Below are positions 52,900-62,847 of a DNA stretch of 64,000 bases, piece by piece. The notes beneath the pieces were generated by a model. That model was not told the DNA's origin. It saw only the letters and a list, made by a program, of their open reading frames with translations, and ran no database searches. The translations under genes and the position numbers were made by a program. The stretch's first letter is position 1, and each line of letters begins with the position of its first letter. Origin of the DNA: Diadema antillarum (taxonomy: Eukaryota); contig NW_027270950.1 in NCBI RefSeq assembly GCF_040938485.1, positions 3,038,001 through 3,102,000 on the forward strand, written 5' to 3'.

Positions 52900-55800
52900 G
52901 ATGATGACTGGGCAAAAGGGAGAGCTACTGACCGATGTGCTTGGAAAGTTAAAGGCAAGCACTGAGGGGGAGCTCCTCAAGGTACATGTAGCTGAGATGC
53001 TGCACCTGAAGGAGGCGGATATTGTCAGAGCTACGTTGAAAGGATGCACTGGGCTCCTTTGACTCCAGCACCGGTACCTGAACAGTGGAAGTCGAGGATC
53101 AGGATGACGAAGGTGAGGTGTTATGGTTGAAGCTCAAGTAGGCTCTTGGCAAGAGTGCAGATGAGGAGGGCACTGATGAAAAGCCAGACCAAATGGGTGG
53201 ACCAGATCAATGAGTGGGGAGGAGGTAATGGAGGGGCAGACAGCTGCAATTGACAAACCATTACAGACCCCTGGATCCCAACAAGACCAACCTGGAATCC
53301 ACCCTCTTCCTCTTCAGTTGTGAAACCTGTCTCTTCGCCACGGATTCAAGATCTTTGGGCAGATAGGTGAACCACAACAGAAAGATCGCCTAACTTGGCT
53401 CAATGAAGGGATGCCCGGAAAGGAACAGGTGATATGAGCACTTGTCCAAGGATTAAGGCTTTGCAGTTACCATGAGGGAAGAACAGGACTAGATCGTCCA
53501 ACCCTGAGGGTTCCCCAGGCTCATTATAGAGAGAAGGATGCCACCGCTCCTTTCCAGGAGCTCTACACAACAGCCAAAGACAGGTAAAAGACGGAACATG
53601 ACTTCATCCTCAGGGCAAAGGACTTAAGACAAAAGATATTGTATGCCTGTAACAAGAATGAATCCAGCATGACATAAGAGGAGCATCAAGTGCAGCACAT
53701 GTTTCTTCATGCTATCACAAAGGGTTTACATAGTGATATGATCAGCAGGAGCTCAAGCCATTTCTGAGTAGTGATGGGCCAGACGAGACACTTCTTGAAG
53801 ACGAGACGTTTGCCATTGGTAATGAGGCAGGGGGAAATAGTTGGCTTTGAAACCCAGCAAAACTCCATCAGTTAACAAATTTTCTGCACGTCAGACAACA
53901 ACAGAAGACCCCCAAAGCAAGCAACCCAAGAGAAATGAGCAGCGGCAGCCTGATTTACCCAACTGGGAGAATATGCAAGGAGATACAGACACAACCCAGC
54001 CCCAACCTCGTCTACATCAGCATCGTCCACAGGGGTGCACCAATTGTCAAGAGGCCAGTCAAAGAGACAACTGCATGCACTGTTACCGAAGTGGGAGCAG
54101 TGAGCACTATGCCTGAGGATGCCACAGCCACAGAAATGGCAATTGGGTACCCAGACGGGACATGGAGCACCCTAAGCAGTGTCATTCCGACAGCCAGTAG
54201 GAAAGTACCACAGTCCAGGGAATCGACTCAGGGTGGTCAGATTGGTAGATGACAGGTGCAACATCTACTGATACATTGGGGAGAGAATGCCGAGGCACTA
54301 TGGGATACAGGAGCCCAAGTTTCCATGCTCTTCAAGGAATGGCTAAAGAAGCACCATACAAGGAAGGAGATTCAACTGATTTCGGATTTGTTTCCTGATG
54401 ACTATCTACACCTTTCTGCTGCCAACAGCACCACCATACCATTCTTGGGGTATGCGGAGTTCTGTGTTTGTCTGGATCAGCCAACAAAGATTTGAGATTT
54501 TGGTAATGTTCCTCATAACCAATGCCACAGATAACCAAATCATATTGGGTACATGGTAATTGCAGAAGTTGTTTTGGTCTCCGATAACTCAAGTGTGGAG
54601 GTAGGGGCAGTCATGCCCGCTATACTGCTGGACCAACCCCAGCCAACAGTCAATGCCATTGTAGACCGCATAACCACACCGTACACAACGCCCATCACAC
54701 TGGTAAAATCAGAGAAGACCACAAAACGTATCTCTCCTGGTAGCTCTATCTTCACCTGCAAGTTATATTCTGGAGACTTACATGGTCATACAGCATTGCT
54801 AGAACCCGCCCTTGACCCTTCATTACATGAAGTCCTGGTGGTAAACACAGCATTTGTGGAGATTGGAAAGGAAAAGTTCAGTAAGGTAAAATCGTGGTGA
54901 TTAACTCTTCCAAAGGAGATGTAGTGGTACCAAAACAATCCATGATTGCTACACTGGAACCAATTTCCGGCATTGAATCAGTCTCAGCTGTCAAGCTGGC
55001 TAGCACTGAAGAAGTGAAAACAACCCTCGAAGATGACTGGCTATCAAATTTCTCTCTAGACCACCTGTGCCCTCCAAGAAGGTTATGGTCCTTCAGATGA
55101 TGTGAGAAGAGAGGGAAGCATTTTCAATGTACTTCCTTTTACTCACCCAATCGAGTGGACAGACAACCACAAGATTCCGAGCTCCTTGATTGACAGTCTG
55201 TTGCAAGCACCTGTCATGGCATTTCAAGATTTTGAAAAACCGTTTGTGTTGCACACAGATGCTTCCAACCAGGGACTAGAGGCTGTGCTGTACCAGAAGA
55301 AAGGAGAGAAACTCAGGGTGATTGCCTATGCCTCATGAACCTTGACACCAGCGGAAAAATGGTATTACCTTCATTCTGGGCAACTGGAATTTCTCACACT
55401 GAAATGGGCCATATGTGATCAATTCAGGACTACAGCTGTACAATATTACCACCTTTCACAGTGTACACCGATAATAATCCATTCACGTATGTTCTGATTT
55501 CTGCCAAGCTCCATGCTACAGGTCTGCGCTCAGTGGGAGAGCTAGCAGATTTCTCCTTCACAGCAAGTACTGGCCTGGAAGAATCAACGTCAATGCTGAC
55601 TCCTTTTCCTGTGAGCCCCTGGACTACTCCGCAATGCATGATTTTACTGAATGCATCTCCCCTACGACACTCAGTGCTGTTTGTACAGAATATGGACTGC
55701 TCTGAAAGTGTATCATGAAGGAAAACAACCAGTATCCAAGAGAGGAAGCAGCTGCCCAGACAGACATGCCAAATACAGTGTACTGGGGGAATGGAAGAAG

Positions 55801-56690
55801 CTTGAAATTGATGAACATGGTATACTTCGTTGTAGAACTGCATGTCTCCAGCTCGTCCTTCAAAAAGAATATTGCACTCTGGTTTAAAGGGAACGATACA
55901 TCAATATGGGCCATATTGGATCAGAAAAGGTACATTTGGACAGAGAACATTTCTTCTGGCCGAACATGGTGGACGATGCCACTGATTTCATCACACACAG
56001 GTGCAAGTGTCTCAGACAGAAGAAACCAAATTACTAAGACACCTCTTGTCAACATTGAATCTACCCATCCCTTCGAGTTAGTCTCCATTGACTTTGTTCA
56101 CTTGGGGAAGGGCACAGTATGGTGGCTGCTAATATTCTAGTGATCATAGGCCACGTCACCCCTTTGCCCAGGCATATCCCACCTGAAACAAGAGCAGGAA
56201 AATAGCTGCATACATCATCTTCAATCATTACTGTCCAGTACGGATTCCCCAACAACTGCACTATGACCATGGAAGAGATTTTGAAAACAACCTCTTCCAG
56301 TAACTGCAAGAACTTTTCAATGTTGGCCATTCTAGGACTACCCCACACCATCCTCAAGGTAATGGCTATATTGAATGGTTTACCCGCACCTTGCTAGGAA
56401 TGTTGCATTCACTACCAAAAGGGGAAAATACCAACTGAAGGGCATCTGTTGACAAAGTCGTGCATGCATACAACTGTATCCGGAATGAAACAATAGGTTT
56501 CTCCCCCTCATTCCTGTTGCTCGGCCGTCATCTAAGGCTACTGATTGACCTTGCCTTTGGCTTTGAGCATGAGACAGATGGACAGAATGAGAGGAGGGAG
56601 GCCTTCGTCACATATTGGGAGAGACAAATGGAGCAGATCTATGACATCACTTTGAGGAATGCTGGACGGGCAGCTGCCTGTTCCTTCTCA
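52900..56690 (+). mobile_element. Degenerate Ty3/Gypsy LTR retrotransposon internal region (gag, protease, RNase H, integrase; RT deleted)
   Basis: Broken frames give gag FKIFGQIGEPQQKDRL, a degenerate zinc knuckle CMHCYRSGSSEHYA, protease ALWDTGAQVS, RNase H KPFVLHTDASNQGL..VIAYAS and YTDNNP, and integrase HPFELVSIDF, RTTPHHPQGNG and HAYNC..GFSP. Many stops and frameshifts; boundaries approximate; LTRs not identified. Confidence 0.88.
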
Positions 56691-57972
56691 TCCTTTTATC
56701 ATCCTAGCACCCTGCACACTTTAACAGGGGTGTCACAATGATATAAAGGTATTAAGAAAATATATGAATCCCCTCCTAAACAGAGGAAGTTCTGTAAGTC
56801 TTGGATAAAACAGGTATTTCCAGAATGAAAGATAGTTTTGTATACTCATATGGCAAACACAATGCAACTTTTTTGGTATGATAACTTGTTATGGGACCTA
56901 TGTACATATGATATACCATATACCACAATATACCACAAATTTTGTGTCAGTGACAAGTATGAAACCAGAAAGCTGTGTATGGGCATGTCCCAATATTTAA
57001 AGCAAATGCTGTAAACATTCAATGTCCTTCCCACAAGCATGGTTCTATTGGTCTTCACTCAAAGGTATAGAGATTGTGTTCAGAGTACACTGCTTTTAAA
57101 GAGCAAGTTCCTTCTTCACTTCATGTAGCCATTGTGTGGGTACATAATATTATGGTAATATACATGTATAGAATGCATAAAGATTTTCAAAGGTAATCGA
57201 GTAACACATAAAATGTCAAAAGATGGTAGGATTTCTGTAAGAATTTGACAAGTTCTTTCATATGATACATTGTACAGACAAAACATTATTATAATCCACA
57301 AATACAATTTTGTTGGATTCTTTTTATATGGCACAAATAAAACATTACTATGCCACAAGATGAAGCTTCCACCTTTAAAACAGCTCATTTTGTGGAAAAT
57401 GTACTAAGCATGGAAACAAATGCTGATTTTCACAACACCACACCACCAAAATTACCAGATACACACAATTCCATAAATACCTGTACCTACAGTATGTATT
57501 TTTTGACAAGCGACACAATCAGCAAGAGTTGACTTCATGAGTAAAATCAGCCCAATTTTCAAACAACCTCCACCTCTCACAATAATTCCCAACAGAGTAA
57601 CTTGAAAGCCCCTAGATGTGAGGATAATCAACTGAAGGTAAAAACATCAATAAAAAAAAGGAATCATTTTTGTCACAAGAAAATGCCTCTCCTTCATAGG
57701 TTTACGTATGTGGTCCATGTGACACAATTTGGCCAAGATGATGCAAACTCTGCAAAGTTTACAGCACTAGTACACCGGCGACTCCTGCTATTATGAAGTC
57801 CTCTGGACTGGCAGTTTTCTTTCACTATAATCTTTTTATAGCTGAACAAGCACAGTAAGTATGATTTGGTAGCTGAAATTTTGCTTCAAAATATATGTTG
57901 TACTGAAATTGTTTATTACTGTGTTTGTTACAATGGGAGTGCACTGTACTTTCAAAGGTCATTTATTTTCCC

Positions 57973-58635
57973 TCATCCCACTATCATGAAACCGCGGTAC
58001 TTCCCAGCATCTTTATCAAAGGTGTTCATGCAATGGAACAGGTCTTCCGCTTTGACCCAGCAGTCGGTGGTGTCAAACCATGTGTCCAGCAGCAAGAAGC
58101 GGTCGGACGGCTGGTGGTACCCCGCCAGCAGGCTGAAGTGACCGTGCACAAAATCATTCTGCCCCAGGTCGTACTCGTCGAAGTTTACGATCACGCCCTT
58201 TTGGGAGTCGACAAGAGATAAAGCCGATGACGCCATAGTGCGAAACTCGTCCACGCTGCTCTCATCGACATGAACCTTGACCACCGGGAGTCCGTGAGCC
58301 TTCAGGAGGGTTTCAATTTCCAGCATCGTTGCCCCATCCTTGTCGATGGTCTCAAAGTCTAGAGCTCTTTTGGTCTCGTCAAAGTCAAACATGTTGCCCT
58401 CCTTGTACGGCACATCCTCAAGGGGGCACTCAGCTTGGTCTGACTGTTTGGGATACTTTCTTCCAAGATGCCTTGCGCTCATCACCAGCGCCGAGGACTG
58501 GATGCCACAGAACGTATCGTTCTCCTGCTCCTTGAAGAGTCGGATGAGGAGCTTCTGGTGGGTGGGACTCTCGTCCAGCATCCTCCGGCCTTCATCGCTA
58601 TGGAATGGGATCTTGTCCTGCACGCGATCAGCCAT
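57973..58635 (-). CDS. PCS: Phytochelatin synthase-like protein, copy 6 (most divergent of the six)
   Basis: 220-aa intact ORF with IPFHSDEGRRML, EQENDTFCG, GHFSLLAGYHQPSDRFLLLD and WVKAEDLFHCMNTFD..RGFMIV; acceptor ttcctggcag 8 nt before the ATG. Confidence 0.92.
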   Translation of the reverse strand: MADRVQDKIPFHSDEGRRMLDESPTHQKLLIRLFKEQENDTFCGIQSSALVMSARHLGRKYPKQSDQAECPLEDVPYKEGNMFDFDETKRALDFETIDKDGATMLEIETLLKAHGLPVVKVHVDESSVDEFRTMASSALSLVDSQKGVIVNFDEYDLGQNDFVHGHFSLLAGYHQPSDRFLLLDTWFDTTDCWVKAEDLFHCMNTFDKDAGKYRGFMIVG

Positions 58636-58699
58636 GCTGTTTCCTGCCAGGAATTGTAAAACAAACAGCCCAAGTAACTTATGTTAATAACTACAGTAT

Positions 58700-58871
58700 C
58701 AGGGCTGCCAACACTGGAAACTAGTTGACAGTGAGACTCCCATAGGCCAATGCTATTGAGTCAAAATGAGTGAGATCAATAGAAATGCATGCAAATGAAA
58801 TAAAGTTTTAGAGTGAGAAAGGACCAAAATGCGTGAGTATCACGCTCAATGCGTGAGAGTTGGCAGCCCTG
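58700..58871. mobile_element. MITE with 13-bp TIR and probable 6-bp TSD
   Basis: cagtat|CAGGGCTGCCAAC...GTTGGCAGCCCTG|cattat. Confidence 0.75.
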
Positions 58872-60391
58872 CATTATAAAAAAATATGGTCACATCAAAC
58901 CCAAGTACAACTAGACTTTCCTGTTACAGATGCAATAAACTCTGCATCAAACAAATGTTATTAAAATGGAATGACCTAGATATTTAGTCGACTTTCATTT
59001 GCAGGTAGGATATTTTTCACAGACTGCCTTCCCTTTTTTCCTTATTTCTTCTTGAGATTTCTCTCATAACAATTATGGAAGGGGGTAGCGGTAGAGTCTA
59101 GTCATTAAAAGTCAAAACATGAACACATCTTATTGATGAATACAAGATAGACAGTGAATCCTGTATTCACTGCCTTGAAACGCCAACAATAACTCTACAT
59201 CCCGAAAAAATAAAATAAAGATAACATTGTCACAAGTCTCCTTTCGCTACAAAAGTCTGCTGCTAGATGCATGAGAAAGCTAACACTATTCACTAACAGG
59301 CGGACGCTCCTCTTCCGGGGTTGCCCAGGCCCAGGGTGGTGTGCCTGCTGCCGGGTGTTGGGTTCTGGAGAGGGGAGCTGGGTGGGTGCCGTTGTGTTCC
59401 TATTCAGAGATCGAGAGTATATTTCACGACTGTTCCACAGCTGCACAGCAGGGTTGTTGTTTCATATTAATACCACCTCAACGTAATACCATACCAGTAC
59501 GCTGTGATGCACGGTGTGTAGTACGAAAGATAGTGTAGTAGGATCTTTGGTAGTCAGTCACCCTCGTTGGCCTTGGCCTTGCCCTTGCTCATCTCACTGC
59601 CTGAGTCTCACTGGACTGATGAGCTGTACTGTGTACACGTACAGTGGACAGGTGTCACTGCCTCAACACTGGTCTCTATGATTTGTCACACATAGTAGAA
59701 CCACTTCTAGTCTAAATTCAGGTAACGTTCTTCATAAATAAATTCATGGTATCGTCAATTACGTTTGAATTATATGTTTTTTTCATACTCAAAGAGTACT
59801 ATACTGATATTAATATGCATGATAATATGTAATTTAGATTTTGATTGGTAATATAAGGAAATGATAATTCTCAATAAAGAACAAATTCTCATTTTGTCTT
59901 GCAAGCAAGCTAACATCAACAAACCGGAAGAGCACCACACACTGCGTAGCTCCCATGGCCCATAAGTGTGATCGCGTGTGTGTGTACGAAGCGTGGTGCA
60001 TGGTAGTGGCAGTTGTCCTGGATCGTGCCCGAGATTGCGACAGCAAGAATCATCCCAATCGGCTGCCGATCCCCCTGATTTCACATTACGAGGGTACAAT
60101 AATGACGGCTTAATTGTGATAGTCGTAATACCAGTATTGGACAGCCAATTTAGAATCGTTACCTCCCCCCCCCCCCAAATTAGTGTGGGTGTTCGTTGAA
60201 CATTTTCATTTGATTTTTCACTGCCTGCGATCACTCGACGTACGCACATCCCTTTTCGCCACAGCTCTAGCGATCGCGGTCACTCGGATCTCGGAGCTCG
60301 GACGCTTCTTGGGTTGCTTTGTGCGTGTCCTCAATCCGCGATTCGCTAGCCGTGCTGTTGGCGTTGATACCAAATTCCTGAGTTTTTCAAG

Positions 60392-60413
60392 ATGGGGAAG
60401 AACAAAAAGAAAC
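60392..60413 (+). CDS. ELP3: Elongator complex protein 3, coding exon 1 (MGKNKKK)
   Basis: ATG followed by a gtgagt donor; phase 1 joins in frame to the exon at 60973. The basic N-terminus resembles ELP3 (MRQKRK in human). Confidence 0.7.
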
Positions 60414-60972
60414 GTGAGTATTTCCAAACTGTTTGCCTGAATGAATAGATTAAATTCTATTGACGGCACTAGACGGGAAACTGAAGCTTTTCAACAATGA
60501 ATTTACTGATGGCTGCTATGTACCGTATTGACTCTTGACAGTAGAGTAACCTACAAAAGTACAACTCTGTTTGCGGCAGGGTGCCTATGTGCTATAGTTC
60601 TTCTATATCTGGCAGGGCACTTTTCACTCATCAATTAATCGGCTAATGAACATCATGTGTGCTTAGTCCCACTTTAGAACACAAGCAGGAGTTACTCGCA
60701 AGTGTTATGGGAAGTGACACCTGATGGGCCTTTGCCTTTTCATCAGTAAATAAAACGGCCCCTGCTGCAAACAGGCACCATTTACAAGCCTGCTGCTGAC
60801 GGGTTTACATAAATTTATAGCATTATCTTTCCCCTATTCAAAGTTATGCTGTGTTTTCTATCTCTTACTGTTTTAACTATTACGTCATTGTCAGCTGGGT
60901 ATTGTCATTGTAACTGGGTGTACATTTAATATGACTGTATGCTTCTCTCTGTGTTTTTTTTTCTTGATGCAG

Positions 60973-61072
60973 CAAACCTCTCTCATGCAGAAATGATGAT
61001 GATGACAGTCTCCGACATCATCAACCAGCTCATCAGTGCTCATGAAGAGAACAAAGACGTCAACCTTAATAG
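60973..61072 (+). CDS. ELP3: Elongator complex protein 3, coding exon 2
   Basis: AG/GT-bounded 100-nt exon encoding [33 protein letters not shown], matching ELP3 [31 protein letters not shown]. Confidence 0.9.
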
Positions 61073-61635
61073 GTAACTCACTGCTACTTTTACCCGTTCC
61101 TCTCGTAATTCTATGAGAGCCTTCAATGCCGTAAACTGAGATTCTTTTTACTTGTCAACAGAAAACAGTCTCTACAGCCACAGGTTTGTAATCGGCCTGA
61201 GCGAAAGCAGTCAAGTGGTACTATACATGTACAATTGTCTATCCCCTTTCCATGGTCGACTTCATGTGCTCAAACAACAAAAATATCAATCGGACATGAG
61301 GTATGAATACAGCATGCACTTATGGGCTCACAAACTCTTTTATTATGTTTCACACACAAGAGGCACCTGAATGGGGTCAGCAAAAGCTGAAATCTACTAT
61401 ATGTATGCTGCAGTTTGTTGAGTTAGCCATGTGTTTAGTGAAAATAATTCATAGTACCATAAAATGAAGCTGATGATTTGAAAAAGAAAAAAAAATATAT
61501 ATATATAGTTGCACTAGACTGACTTGATTTTATGGTTGTAGACTTGTTTCTCCCTATGAAAATCCCACTTATATTCACTCATGGTTTGCTACATTTTTGT
61601 GATGAAACATTGCATTTCTTTTCCAAATGAAATAG

Positions 61636-61726
61636 GATCAAGAGTTTGACAGCCAAGAAATACGGACTGACCTCTCAGCCAAGATTGGTGGACATCATCG
61701 CAGCTGTGCCGCAGGCTCACAAAAAG
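61636..61726 (+). CDS. ELP3: Elongator complex protein 3, coding exon 3
   Basis: AG/GT-bounded 91-nt exon encoding [31 protein letters not shown]; the [12 protein letters not shown] motif is diagnostic. Confidence 0.93.
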
Positions 61727-61830
61727 GTATGACTTACAATGATATCTGTCCAGAAACTGTCTAAAAGCATCTAGTATTGCGTATTGGCAAGCCATACTTG
61801 AGAACTGTTGGAAGGGAGTGCATGCAATGG

Positions 61831-62138
61831 CAGAGACTCCAACCCCAAGCACCTTCTGATCTGCAGATTCTTTTGCCTGAAACCCCTAGCAAACTGGAGG
61901 CTCCAACTTGATGTGCACGAAGCGCAAACTTCCTTGAGGCCGGGTTCTAGATGCTTTCTTGTGCTATCTCAGGCTTATCTTTCAACATACGATGACACTA
62001 AGTAAGAAATCATTTCAAGCGGGAGACATAGAGCCAGGGCGGGGGAAATTAAATCTCAAGCGGGACAACGGGAGATTTTGCAAAAATGGGCTTTCGTTGG
62101 GAGATCTCCCGTCGAAAGCGGGAGAGTTGGAGTCTCTG
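61831..62138. mobile_element. MITE with 13-bp TIR and perfect 6-bp TSD in ELP3 intron 3
   Basis: caatgg|CAGAGACTCCAAC...GTTGGAGTCTCTG|caatgg. Confidence 0.8.
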
Positions 62139-62799
62139 CAATGGCAGTTTGTAGTGAGCCATGAGCCAATATTCTTTACATCATCTGATCAAAGAAATAA
62201 CCCTGTAGCAAGTTTTTCCTTCAACAGTGGACATTTTATTCACAGAGCAGGCAGTTTTTGCCCTTATAACAGTGGCAGTGAGGCTGCTAAAGTGTACACT
62301 GCACTTACTCTCAAGGGGTACTGGTATTGCTTTGTGCCTGTTTAATCCTTTATGGTGCAACACTCCTACAATTTGGGTGCTGGAAAGGGATGCTGCTNNN
62401 NNNNNNNNNNNNNNNNNNNNNNNNNNNNNNNNNNNNNNNNNNNNNNNNNNNNNNNNNNNNNNNNNNNNNNNNNNNNNNNNNNNNNNNNNNNNNNNNNNNN
62501 NNNNNNNNNNNNNNNNNNNNNNNNNNNNNNNNNNNNNNNNNNNNNNNNNNNNNNNNNNNNNNNNNNNNNNNNNNNNNNNNNNNNNNNNNNNNNNNNNNNN
62601 NNNNNNNNNNNNNNNNNNNNNNNNNNNNNNNNNNNNNNNNNNNNNNNNNNNNNNNNNNNNNNNNNNNNNNNNNNNNNNNNNNNNNNNNNNNNNNNNNNNN
62701 NNNNNNNNNNNNNNNNNNNNNNNNNNNNNNNNNNNNNATGATGATATTGTGATGGGTTATTCATATATTTTACTAAATCTTGTCCTTTCTCCATTACAG

Positions 62800-62847
62800 G
62801 CCCTGATTCCAAAGCTGAAGGCCAAGCCAATCAGAACCGCAAGTGGG
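62800..62847 (+). CDS. ELP3: Elongator complex protein 3, coding exon 4 (gene continues beyond the window)
   Basis: AG/GT-bounded 48-nt exon encoding ALIPKLKAKPIRTASG, the ELP3 signature KAKPIRTASG. Confidence 0.93.

Noticed and set aside
3054-58635. Bacterial contamination as the origin of the PCS-like ORFs
   Set aside because: Each ORF is embedded in host microsatellites and MITEs, there are no operon-like neighbours, splice acceptors are positionally conserved, and copy 6 is contiguous with spliced ELP3 exons without an intervening gap.
3402-58687. Plus-strand ORFs overlapping each PCS gene (e.g. 3402-3689, 11312-11692, 26585-26863, 34298-34735, 45149-45382, 58340-58687)
   Set aside because: Antisense shadows of GC-rich coding sequence; they resemble each other only because the sense genes are paralogues.
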